Shown here piece after piece: positions 9,477 to 18,079 of a stretch of 64,000 bases of DNA. The notes under the pieces are model-generated. The model saw only the letters and a list, made by a program, of their open reading frames with translations, did not search any database and was not told the DNA's origin. Both the position numbers and the translations under genes were made by a program. Every line of letters starts with the position of its first letter. Within the stretch, counting starts at the first letter, position 1. Source of the stretch: Acidimicrobiales bacterium (GTDB lineage Bacteria; Actinomycetota; Acidimicrobiia; Acidimicrobiales; RAAP-2); assembly GCA_035552395.1 (NCBI GenBank), contig DASZLL010000044.1, positions 10,371-74,370 of the forward strand, in the 5' to 3' direction.

Positions 9477-10431
9477 CGGTCCCACGTCTTCCGGCGAGAC
9501 ATTTCGTCCGTTTCGCTTCGGCTTCCAATCCACCACCATCGACCCGGCCGAGGTCACAGGCTCGGCCCAGGAGGCCGAGACCGCAGGCTTCGACGTCTTC
9601 CAGGTCGGCGACCACATCGGGACCCAGTTGGCTCCGTTCGTCGAGCTGGCCGCCGCCGCCGCCGCGACGTCGACCATCCGCTTGGGCACGCTAGTCCTCA
9701 ATAACGATCTCCGGCATCCGGTCGTCCTCGCCCAAGAAGTGGCGACGCTCGATCACCAGAGCGGCGGCCGCGTCGAGCTCGGCCTTGGCGCGGGGCACTC
9801 CTTCACCGAATACGCCGCCCTGGGCCTGAGCTTCGACCCACCGGCGGTGCGCAAGGCTCGCCTGACGGAGGCGGTGGAGATCCTCCGCGCGCTCTTCGAC
9901 GGGGACGAGGTCGACTACGAGGGTGCGCACTACCGCGTCGTCGGCGCGCGCACGCTGCGGCCGATGCAGGCCAGTCTGCCGCTGCTCGTCGGGGTCAACG
10001 GCCGCGCCGCTCTGGAGCACGCCGCCGCTCACGCAGACATCGTGGCCCCCACCATGCTCGGCCGGACGCTAGAGGACGGGCAGCATCACGAGGTGCGCTG
10101 GGAAGCCGAACGCCTCGACGTCACGATGGAGTTCATCCGGGCTACCGCGGGAGACCGCTGGCCAACGCTCGAGCTGCACGCCCTCGTGCAGGCCGTGGTC
10201 GTCACCGACGACCGGGCGGCGGCGGCCGAGGAGCTCGGCGCACGCCTATCGACGCGTCCGGACGACGTCCTCTCGACGCCGTTCCTCTGCATCGGCAGCC
10301 ACGAGGAAATGGCCCGCCATCTGCTGGCTTGCCGGGCCCGTTGGGGGATCAGCTACTTCACCGTGCGTGACATCGAGGGATTCGCCCCGGTGATGGAACT
10401 CGTGCGCCGCCTGGACGCGTCGCCCGAATAG
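9448..10431 (+). CDS. LLM-class (luciferase-like) F420-dependent oxidoreductase
   Basis: 327-aa ORF. It has an FRFGFQ N-terminal strand and the luciferase-like TIM-barrel pattern (GFDVFQVGDH, LGLGAGH). The start is uncertain: ATG 9448 overlaps TetR by 29 nt, and TTG 9466 is an alternative. Confidence 0.8.
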   Translation: MRTRPRLRSDGPTSSGETFRPFRFGFQSTTIDPAEVTGSAQEAETAGFDVFQVGDHIGTQLAPFVELAAAAAATSTIRLGTLVLNNDLRHPVVLAQEVATLDHQSGGRVELGLGAGHSFTEYAALGLSFDPPAVRKARLTEAVEILRALFDGDEVDYEGAHYRVVGARTLRPMQASLPLLVGVNGRAALEHAAAHADIVAPTMLGRTLEDGQHHEVRWEAERLDVTMEFIRATAGDRWPTLELHALVQAVVVTDDRAAAAEELGARLSTRPDDVLSTPFLCIGSHEEMARHLLACRARWGISYFTVRDIEGFAPVMELVRRLDASPE

Positions 10432-10464
10432 CCCGAAGCAGAAACGTCTCGATACCCTGACGCC

Positions 10465-10854
10465 GTGGAGGCAGGTCCTCAACGGCGAGTCGTGGGACTG
10501 GCGGGTGTCCTCATCCTCAACGCGGCGTCCGACGTCGTCTTGGACGACTGGATGCAGGACCACCTCGATCATCTTCGTTTTCCGAAGGAATATCGTGAGG
10601 TCCTTCCCATGTTGAAGACGCTCGCCGCGGGAGGCTTGCTTCTCGGCCTCAAGCGACCTTGGCTGCGGCGACTCACCGCTCGATCGCTCGTCGTGTACTT
10701 CGTCCTGGCCGTGGGCTACCACGTGCAGGCGAAGGACGGAGCGAATGAGACCCTGCCCGCATTGCTATTGCTCGGCTGGTCCCTCCTTGCCGTGCGCGCC
10801 CGGACGGATGGCTCAGTGCGGCGGGGCGGGGAGGCCGTCGAGCCAGGCCCGTGA
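10465..10854 (+). CDS. DoxX-like small membrane protein
   Basis: 129-aa ORF with 3-4 TM helices, resembling the DoxX-like family ([13 protein letters not shown]...[11 protein letters not shown]). Confidence 0.5.
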   Translation: MEAGPQRRVVGLAGVLILNAASDVVLDDWMQDHLDHLRFPKEYREVLPMLKTLAAGGLLLGLKRPWLRRLTARSLVVYFVLAVGYHVQAKDGANETLPALLLLGWSLLAVRARTDGSVRRGGEAVEPGP

Positions 10855-11354
10855 AGTCGGACCGGGTACGGCGGGTCGCGGTCCCCCGGCAGATCGCGGC
10901 GAGCTTCGCCCGCAGCACGGCCAACTACGCAGCGGCCTTCTCGGTGACGACCGAGGCAATGTGTGCACGGACGCCGTTGCAATGGGCCCGCGCGGTGTTC
11001 GAGGACGCACCGGCCGCGCTGCGGTGGTGCATGGTCTTCGGCTGGACGCGTGTGCTCGGGCTGCGGCTCGGGCCTCGGCCGTCGAGCGACCACGTGCTTG
11101 GGTGGGCCATCGCGGAGGGCGGGGTGCCGGGGAGCACGGCGTTGATCGCCCAGTCGCGCTTCTTGCGCGCGAGCAACACCGTGACGGTCGAGGGCTCCAC
11201 GGTGACCTGGGTGACGCTCGTCCACTATTCGAGCGCCGCCGCCCGGCCGCTGTGGGCGATGGTTCGGCCGATCCACCACCTCACGATCCGCTTCCTCCTG
11301 GCTCGGGCCGCCCGCACTCCGGACGTGGCGCCATCGGCGGGTGGTCCCGCCTGA
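10851..11354 (+). CDS. Hypothetical protein (possibly DUF2867-like)
   Basis: GTGA overlap with the upstream gene. 167 aa with high GC3. The family assignment is only a weak recollection from the [17 protein letters not shown] pattern. Confidence 0.4.
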   Translation: MKSDRVRRVAVPRQIAASFARSTANYAAAFSVTTEAMCARTPLQWARAVFEDAPAALRWCMVFGWTRVLGLRLGPRPSSDHVLGWAIAEGGVPGSTALIAQSRFLRASNTVTVEGSTVTWVTLVHYSSAAARPLWAMVRPIHHLTIRFLLARAARTPDVAPSAGGPA

Positions 11355-11455
11355 ATGGCGCTAGCAGGAAAGCCCGCGCCAGGCTGAGGGGCACATCGTC
11401 CGCTGCGGAAGAATCGGGCATCATGAAGGCGCGCCGACGGGGAGGAGTCACGAAC

Positions 11456-12541
11456 ATGGGACAAGAGGTGCGCGGGGTGGTGGCCATGGCCAAGGGCGCC
11501 CCCGTCACCGTGGAGACGATCGTCGTGCCCGACCCCGGGCCCGGTGAAGCGGTCGTCGCCATCAAGGCCTGCGGGGTCTGCCACACCGATCTGCACTACC
11601 GCGAGGGCGGGATCAACGACGACTTCCCCTTCCTGCTGGGCCACGAGGCGGCCGGGGTAGTCGAGTCGGTCGGACCCGAGGTGTCCGACCTGAGCCCGGG
11701 CGACTTCGTGGTCCTTAACTGGCGTGCCGTCTGTGGCGAGTGCCGTGCTTGCCGGCGGGGACGGCCCTGGTACTGCTTCGCCACCCATAACGCGACGCAG
11801 AAGATGACGCTGAGCGACGGGACGCCGCTCTCCCCCGCCCTTGGCATCGGCGCGTTCGCCGACAAGACGCTCGTGGCGGCCGGCCAATGCACCAAGGTCA
11901 ACCCGGCGGCCCGGCCCGAGGCCGTCGGCCTGCTCGGGTGTGGCGTGATGGCCGGGCTCGGGGCCGCCATGTTCACCGGCAACGTGGGGCTCGGCGACAG
12001 CGTGGCCGTTTTCGGCTGCGGCGGAGTCGGGTGTGCCGCCGTCGCCGGGTCAAAGCTCGCCGGGGCGGCCATCATCATCGGCGTCGACCTCGACCCGGGC
12101 AAGCTCGAGCTTGCGAGGTCGTTCGGCGCGACGCACACGGTGGACGCGGGGGCGACCGACCCGGTCGAGGCGATCAGGTCGCTCACCGGGGGCAACGGCG
12201 CTGACGTGTGCATCGAGGCCGTGGGCCAACCCAAGGTGATGGAGCAGGCGTTCATGGCGCGCGACCTGGCCGGGACGCTGGTGCAGGTGGGTGTGCCGAC
12301 GCCCGACATGCGCATCGAGCTGCCGATGATCGAGTTCTTTGGCCGCGGCGGTGCGCTGAAGCCCAGCTGGTACGGCGACTGCCTGCCGTCGCGTGACTTT
12401 CCGATGCTCGTCGAGCTGTATCTCGACGGGCGTCTCGATCTCGACCGCTTCGTCAGCGAGACGATCGGCATCGGCGACGTGGAGGCGGCGTTCGCCCGCA
12501 TGCGGCGCGGCGAGGTCCTGCGCTCCGTCGTCGTCGTGTGA
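11456..12541 (+). CDS. Zn-dependent class III alcohol dehydrogenase, S-(hydroxymethyl)mycothiol dehydrogenase-like
   Basis: ATG 11456 is in frame within ORF 10745..12541. Motifs seen: [26 protein letters not shown], the structural-Zn cysteines [15 protein letters not shown], and the Rossmann motif VFGCGGVG. Confidence 0.85.
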   Translation: MGQEVRGVVAMAKGAPVTVETIVVPDPGPGEAVVAIKACGVCHTDLHYREGGINDDFPFLLGHEAAGVVESVGPEVSDLSPGDFVVLNWRAVCGECRACRRGRPWYCFATHNATQKMTLSDGTPLSPALGIGAFADKTLVAAGQCTKVNPAARPEAVGLLGCGVMAGLGAAMFTGNVGLGDSVAVFGCGGVGCAAVAGSKLAGAAIIIGVDLDPGKLELARSFGATHTVDAGATDPVEAIRSLTGGNGADVCIEAVGQPKVMEQAFMARDLAGTLVQVGVPTPDMRIELPMIEFFGRGGALKPSWYGDCLPSRDFPMLVELYLDGRLDLDRFVSETIGIGDVEAAFARMRRGEVLRSVVVV

Positions 12542-14175
12542 GCCTGCCGCTCGCTCCATTCGGGCCGCGTCGCGCCAACCGCGGCATGGTGGCGGCGGCG
12601 GACCAACTGGCCGCGGTGGCCGGGATCGGTGTGCTCGCCGAGGGCGGTTCGGCGGCCGACGCGGCCGTGGCGACCGGCGCGGCCATGGCCGTGGTCGCTC
12701 CGCATCTGTGCGGAATGGGCGGCGATGTCTTGGCCATGGTGTCGCCGCCGGGCGGCCCGCCCGAGGCGCTGCTCTCGATAGGACGGGCCGGCTCGGGCTC
12801 GGACGCCGCGCGCATGCGCGCCGAGGGCATGACGACCATGCCGTTGCGCGGCGACATCCGCAGCGTGCCGGTGCCCGGCGCAGTGGACGGCTGGCTCGCC
12901 CTGCACGAGCGCTACGGCCGGCTGCCGCTCGAGCGGGTCCTGGCGCCCGCCATCGAGCTGGCGGAAGAGGGCTTTCCCGCTTCGATCATGCTGGCGTTCG
13001 CGAGCCATCTCGTGCACACGCTGCCCGGGGCGCACGAGCTCTGTCCCGGCGGCCCGCTCGATGTCGGCGCGGCCGTGCGGCTGCCCGGCATCGGACGCAC
13101 GCTGCGGGCCGTGGCGCGCGACGGACGCGCCGGGTTCTACGGCGGCGAATTCGGGCGCGGCCTGCTCGAGCTCGGCGCGGGCCACTTCACGGCCGGCGAC
13201 CTCGCGCCGAACGTGGCGCAGTGGTGCGAGCCGCTGACCCTGCGCGTCTGGGGCCACCAGCTCTGGACCGTGCCGCCGCCCTCGCAGGGCTATCTCACCC
13301 TGGCCGGTGCGGCGGTGGCGGAGTGGTCGGGGCTCGGCGCCGACCCCGGCGACCCCGCCTGGGCGCACCTGCTGGTCGAGGCGTGGCGGGCCGTCGGGCA
13401 CGACCGACCCGACGTGCTCTACGACGGCGCGGACGGCGCCGCCTTGCTGCACGACGACCGGCTGGCGCACGCGGCGGCGCGGGTGGCGCCCGACCGGGTG
13501 GCGCCGCCCGACGTCGTGCCGGGGTCGACGGCGAGTGCGGCCGCGGTGGCCCGGATCGGCGACGGCGACACGACGCACCTGTGCACGTGCGACGCCGACG
13601 GGCTCGGCGTGTCGCTGACCCAGTCCAACGCGCTGGACTTCGGGTCGCATCTCGTGGAGCCGACGACCGGCGTGTTCTTGCACAACCGCGGTGTGGGCTT
13701 CTCCTTGGTCGTTGAGCATCCGGCCGAGGTGGGTCCCGGCCGGCGCCCGCCGCACACGTTGTCCCCCATGCTCGTGACCACGCCGGGCGGCGCGCTGACG
13801 CACCTTGTCGGCGCCATGGGCGGCGACGCCCAGCCCCAGATCATCAGCCAGTTGCTGGCCCGCCTCCTGCACGTTGGGCAGGATCCCGCCAGCGCCATCA
13901 GCGCACCACGGCTGGCGCTCGACGCCCCGGCCGCCGGGCCGTTCCGGCTCTGGTGGGGCGACGACCTCAGCGTCGTCGTCGAGGCCGACGCGCCGGGGGC
14001 CTGGCGTACGGGGCTCGAGGCCCGGGGTCACCGAGCCCGGGCCATCAGCGCGTTCGACCCGGTCGCCGTCGGGTGCGCCCAGATCATTCAGGTCGAGCGG
14101 GACGCCGGTGGCGCCCGCTGCCTGGTCGCGGCCTCCGACCCGCGCAGCCCCGACGGCGCGGCGGTCGGGCGGTGA
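12538..14175 (+). CDS. ggt: Gamma-glutamyltransferase family protein
   Basis: GTGA overlap with the ADH stop. 545 aa. The autoprocessing/nucleophile region is [24 protein letters not shown], and the small-subunit motif [10 protein letters not shown] is present. Confidence 0.85.
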   Translation: MSLPLAPFGPRRANRGMVAAADQLAAVAGIGVLAEGGSAADAAVATGAAMAVVAPHLCGMGGDVLAMVSPPGGPPEALLSIGRAGSGSDAARMRAEGMTTMPLRGDIRSVPVPGAVDGWLALHERYGRLPLERVLAPAIELAEEGFPASIMLAFASHLVHTLPGAHELCPGGPLDVGAAVRLPGIGRTLRAVARDGRAGFYGGEFGRGLLELGAGHFTAGDLAPNVAQWCEPLTLRVWGHQLWTVPPPSQGYLTLAGAAVAEWSGLGADPGDPAWAHLLVEAWRAVGHDRPDVLYDGADGAALLHDDRLAHAAARVAPDRVAPPDVVPGSTASAAAVARIGDGDTTHLCTCDADGLGVSLTQSNALDFGSHLVEPTTGVFLHNRGVGFSLVVEHPAEVGPGRRPPHTLSPMLVTTPGGALTHLVGAMGGDAQPQIISQLLARLLHVGQDPASAISAPRLALDAPAAGPFRLWWGDDLSVVVEADAPGAWRTGLEARGHRARAISAFDPVAVGCAQIIQVERDAGGARCLVAASDPRSPDGAAVGR

Positions 14176-16001
14176 GCGGAGCGCGAGCCACCGGCGCACC
14201 GTTGCGCGTCGCGTCGTTGGCCAAGCAGATCCCGCAGCCCGAGTCGCTGCGCATGGAGGGCGGGCGCCTCGTTCGTGCCGGCGTGGAGCTCGAGATGAAC
14301 GCGTACTGCCGTCGCGCCGTCGCCGAGGGGGTGACGCTGGCCACAGAGACCGGCGGCTCGTGCACCGTGGTGACGCTCGGGCCGGCGAGCGCCGAGGACG
14401 TGCTGCGCGAGGCGGTCGCGTGGGGGGCCGGCGCGGGCCTCCACCTGTGCGACCCGGCCTTCGCCGGCTCGGACACGCTGGCCACGGCGCGCACGCTGGC
14501 CGCCGCGCTGCGCGTCACGGGCCCCTACGACCTCGTCCTGCTCGGGCGCAACTCACTGGACGGCGAGACCGGGCAGGTCGGCCCCGAGCTGGCGCAGCTG
14601 CTCGACCTCCCGTTCGCCAGTGGCGTGCGTGCGCTGGTGGACCTCGGTGACCGCCTGCGCCTCGAGCTCGAGCACGACGACGGGACCCAAGAGGTCGAGA
14701 TCCAACTCCCGGCCGTGCTCTCGGTGGCCGAGCGCCTGTGCGACCCGTGCAAGGTCGACCCCGAGGGCCGGGCGGCGGTGCCCGCCTCGCGCCTCCGACG
14801 GCTGGGCCCGGCCGACCTCGGACCCGGGCCGTGGGGCGCGGCGGGCAGTCCCACGATCGTGGGCGAGGTCCACCCCATGGAGCACACGCGCGCGCTCGTC
14901 GTCTTGGACGGCCCGGTGGACGAGCAGGTCGCGGCGGCCGTCCGCCTGCTCGACGCCCGCGGTGCGCTGGACGACGTGACGGCCGTGGCGGGCACGGTGC
15001 CAGAGCCCGGGCGCGCCGAGCGCGCCGGGGCACGGATCATCGCCGTGCTCGACGAGCCGGGACGCGGTGAGGTGGCCGTCGAGCTCGTGGCCGCGGCGGC
15101 GCGCCTCGGGCAGGAGGCCGGCACGACTGTGCACCTGCTGCGGCCGGTCGGGTCCGGCCAGGCCGGCGACGCCACCGCGCCCGGCGGGATCGACCTCGTG
15201 GTCGAGCTGGCCGGTTCGGTCGTGCCCGAGGACGTCGCCGACGCGCTCACGGCCTATGCGCGCGAGGAGAGGCCCTGGGCGATCCTGGCGCCGAGCACCG
15301 CGTTCGGGCGCGAGGTGGCGGCGCGCGTCGCCGCGGCCACCGGGTCAGGCCTGGTGGGAGACGCCGTCACCCTGGCCGTGCGCGACGACGTCCTCGTGGC
15401 GGGCAAGCCCGCGTTCGCCGGCGCCCTGGTGGCCGACATCACCTGCCGCGGCACGCCACAGCTGGCCACGGTCCGGCCGGGCGTCCTGCCCGTGGGGGCG
15501 TCGGCCGCAGGCACGGCGCGTCGCGTGCCGTCGGTGCGGCGTGAGGCCGGCAGGCGCGGGCGCGTGCGGATCCTCGGCGAGCGTCGCAACGACGACGTGG
15601 AGACGCTGGCCCGGGCCGGGGTCGTGATCGGGGTCGGCACCGGCGTCGCGCCCGAAGAGTACGAGGCGCTCAGCCCGCTGGCCGCGTTGCTGGGCGCGGA
15701 GCTCGCCGCGACGCGCAAGGTGACGGACAAGGGATGGGCCCCGCGATCGCGCCAGGTCGGCATCACCGGCCGTTCGATCGCGCCGCGGCTCTACGTCGCG
15801 CTCGGTTTGAGCGGGAAGTTCAACCACATGGTGGGGGTACGCGCCGCCGGGACGATCCTCGCCGTCAACGGCGACCGCGCCGCACCCGTCTTCGAGCACT
15901 GCGACATCGGGATCGTGGGCGATTGGCACGAGATCGTGCCGCTGCTGCAGCGCGCCCTGGCGGGCCGCCTCGAGCCGCGCCGGGGCGCAGCCGTCAGCTG
16001 A
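14172..16001 (+). CDS. Electron transfer flavoprotein, beta-alpha fusion (FixA/EtfB N-terminal half, FixB/EtfA C-terminal half)
   Basis: An in-frame GTG at 14172 overlaps the ggt stop (GTGA). The N-half (KQIPQ...SLDGETGQVGPELAQLLDLPF) is EtfB-like. The C-half (FGREVAARVAAATGSGLVGD...PRLYVALGLSGKFNHMVGV) is EtfA-like, with the FAD-binding motif. There is no stop codon between the halves. Confidence 0.8.
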   Translation: MSGARATGAPLRVASLAKQIPQPESLRMEGGRLVRAGVELEMNAYCRRAVAEGVTLATETGGSCTVVTLGPASAEDVLREAVAWGAGAGLHLCDPAFAGSDTLATARTLAAALRVTGPYDLVLLGRNSLDGETGQVGPELAQLLDLPFASGVRALVDLGDRLRLELEHDDGTQEVEIQLPAVLSVAERLCDPCKVDPEGRAAVPASRLRRLGPADLGPGPWGAAGSPTIVGEVHPMEHTRALVVLDGPVDEQVAAAVRLLDARGALDDVTAVAGTVPEPGRAERAGARIIAVLDEPGRGEVAVELVAAAARLGQEAGTTVHLLRPVGSGQAGDATAPGGIDLVVELAGSVVPEDVADALTAYAREERPWAILAPSTAFGREVAARVAAATGSGLVGDAVTLAVRDDVLVAGKPAFAGALVADITCRGTPQLATVRPGVLPVGASAAGTARRVPSVRREAGRRGRVRILGERRNDDVETLARAGVVIGVGTGVAPEEYEALSPLAALLGAELAATRKVTDKGWAPRSRQVGITGRSIAPRLYVALGLSGKFNHMVGVRAAGTILAVNGDRAAPVFEHCDIGIVGDWHEIVPLLQRALAGRLEPRRGAAVS

Positions 16002-16413
16002 GCGGGCCCACCCCGGCGGCCTGGCGAACGCTGGTCACGACCTCGTCGTTGGAGGCGCCGGGCCCGAGCACCGCCGCCACGCCCAGGTCGTGGAGCTTCG
16101 CGACGTCGTCGGGCGGGACGATGCCCCCGACGACCACCGGGGTGTCCAAGCCGGCAGCGCGCAAGGCGTCGACCACCGCCGGGGCGAGCGTGAGATGGGC
16201 CCCGTTGTGCATGGAGACGCCGACCACGTCAACGTCCTCCTGCGCGGTCATCGCGGCGATCGTCTCGGGTGACTGGCGCAGTCCGGCGTAGACCACTTCG
16301 CACCCCGCGTCACGCAGGATGCGCGCCACCACGCGCAGGCCGCGGTCGTGACCGTCGAGGCCCACCTTGGCCATGAGCACGCGCACCGGCCGCTCGCCGG
16401 TCTGGGGCACCAC
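15994..16413 (-). CDS. icmB: Acyl-CoA mutase small subunit, B12-binding domain (IcmB-like)
   Basis: The GTG at 16413 lies 2 nt after the large-subunit stop. The cobalamin-binding motif is GLDGHDRGLRVVARIL (DxHxxG), with GVSMHNGAH and a Rossmann-like fold. About 139 aa. Confidence 0.75.
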   Translation of the reverse strand: MVPQTGERPVRVLMAKVGLDGHDRGLRVVARILRDAGCEVVYAGLRQSPETIAAMTAQEDVDVVGVSMHNGAHLTLAPAVVDALRAAGLDTPVVVGGIVPPDDVAKLHDLGVAAVLGPGASNDEVVTSVRQAAGVGPLS

Positions 16414-16415
16414 GT

Positions 16416-18044
16416 TCAGGCGACCTGGCGCTCCATGTAGGTGCCGAACACCGTTTCGAGCGCGCGCATTGCTTCGCCGACGGTCACCATGTTGCCGGCC
16501 GCCTCGATCAGGGCGGGCATGAGATTGACCGTCGGGTCGGAGGCGTCGGCGGCCACGCGGGCGAGCGAGCGGCGCACGGCGTCGTCGTCGCGGGCCTGCT
16601 TGATGGCGGCCAGCCGGGCCAGCTGATCGGGCTCGACCGCCGGGTCGATGGACAAGGTGGACGGCGCGATGCCCCCTTCCTCCACGTAGGCATTCACGCC
16701 GACCAACTTCCATTCGTCGCGCGCGATCTTGGACTGGAACGCGTAGGCGGCCTCGGCGATCTCCGAGACGAACCAGCCGTCATCGATGCAGGCGATCACG
16801 CCGTCGAGGATCGAGCCGGCGCCGGCCTCGAGCAGGTGTGCGAAGACCTCCTCGGCCTGGCGTTCGAGCTCGTCGGTCAGCTCTTCGACGAACCAGGAGC
16901 CGCCGAGCGGGTCGGCGACGTGGACGACGCCCGACTCCTCCGCGATCACCTGCTGGGTACGCAGGGCGAGCCGGGCCGCGTGCTCGGTGGGCAACGCCAG
17001 CGCCTCGTCGAACGCGTCGGTATGCAGGCTCTGCGTGCCGCCGAGCACGCCGGCCAAGGCCTCGATGGCTACGCGGACCAGGTTCACCTGGGGCTGCTGG
17101 GCGGTCAAGGAGACGCCGGCGGTCTGGGTGTGGAAGCGCAGCTGGAGCGAGCGATCCTTGGTCGCCCCGTAGCGGTCGCGCATCCAACGGGCCCAGATGC
17201 GCCGCGCGGCCCGGTACTTCGCGATCTCTTCGAAGAAGTCGATGTGGGCGTTGAAGAAGAAGCTGAGGCGCGGGGCGAACTCGTCCACCTCCGACCCGGC
17301 CGCCCGGGCGGCCTCGACGTAGGCGAACCCGTTGGCCAAGGTGAAGGCCAGCTCCTGGGCCGCCGTCGATCCCGCCTCGCGGATGTGGTAGCCCGACACC
17401 GACACGGGGTGCCAGCGCGGGAGCTCCGCGGCGGCGAAGCGGATCACGTCGGTGACGAGCCGGACGGACGGGCGCGGGGGGAAGACGTATTCCTTCTGCG
17501 CCTGGTACTCCTTCAAGATGTCGTTCTGGATCGTGCCACTGAGCGCCGAGCGCGCCACACCGGTCTCGTCGGCCACCTTGACGTACATGGCCAGGACGGG
17601 GGCGGCCGGCGAGTTGATGGTCATGGAGGTCGAGACGCCACCCAGGTCGATGCCCGAAAAGAGCGTCGCCATGTCGTCCAGCGTGTCGATGGCGACGCCG
17701 GCCCGTCCCACCTCGCCCTTGGCCAGCGGATCGTCGGAGTCGCAGCCGAGCAGGGTGGGCATGTCGAAGGCGGTCGAGAGCCCATCGCCCCCGGCGCGCA
17801 ACAGCTCCTTGAAGCGCCCGTTGGTGTCGGCGGCCGACCCGAACCCGGCGAACTGGCGCATCGTCCACAGGCGCGACCGGTACATGGAGGCGTACGGGCC
17901 GCGGGTGTAGGGGTACTGGCCCGGGAACTCGGCGTCTGGCGGGCCGTAGACCGGGTCGAGCGGCACGCCCGACATGGTCTCGAAGCGCGCCGCGCGCAGA
18001 GGCGAGCGGTCGAATTCTTCCTGCCAGTTGTCTCGATCGGCCAC
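16416..18044 (-). CDS. icmA: Acyl-CoA mutase large (substrate-binding) subunit, isobutyryl-CoA mutase-like
   Basis: 542 aa. Motifs seen: PGQYPYTRGPY, WTMRQFAGFGSAADTN, FDMPTLLGCDSDDP and GTIQNDILKEYQAQKEYVFPP. Phe65 and Gln183 occupy the positions of MCM Tyr89 and Arg207. Confidence 0.8.
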   Translation of the reverse strand: MADRDNWQEEFDRSPLRAARFETMSGVPLDPVYGPPDAEFPGQYPYTRGPYASMYRSRLWTMRQFAGFGSAADTNGRFKELLRAGGDGLSTAFDMPTLLGCDSDDPLAKGEVGRAGVAIDTLDDMATLFSGIDLGGVSTSMTINSPAAPVLAMYVKVADETGVARSALSGTIQNDILKEYQAQKEYVFPPRPSVRLVTDVIRFAAAELPRWHPVSVSGYHIREAGSTAAQELAFTLANGFAYVEAARAAGSEVDEFAPRLSFFFNAHIDFFEEIAKYRAARRIWARWMRDRYGATKDRSLQLRFHTQTAGVSLTAQQPQVNLVRVAIEALAGVLGGTQSLHTDAFDEALALPTEHAARLALRTQQVIAEESGVVHVADPLGGSWFVEELTDELERQAEEVFAHLLEAGAGSILDGVIACIDDGWFVSEIAEAAYAFQSKIARDEWKLVGVNAYVEEGGIAPSTLSIDPAVEPDQLARLAAIKQARDDDAVRRSLARVAADASDPTVNLMPALIEAAGNMVTVGEAMRALETVFGTYMERQVA

Positions 18045-18079
18045 CAGGTAAGCCTAATGGGTAGCGGGTCAGGACCTCG

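Noticed and set aside
11596-14199. 867-aa ORF on the minus strand, the longest ORF in this part of the window
   Set aside because: It is antisense to the well-supported ADH and GGT genes. Its translation is dominated by Arg, Pro, Gly and Ala with no recognisable motifs. This is the typical high-GC shadow ORF.
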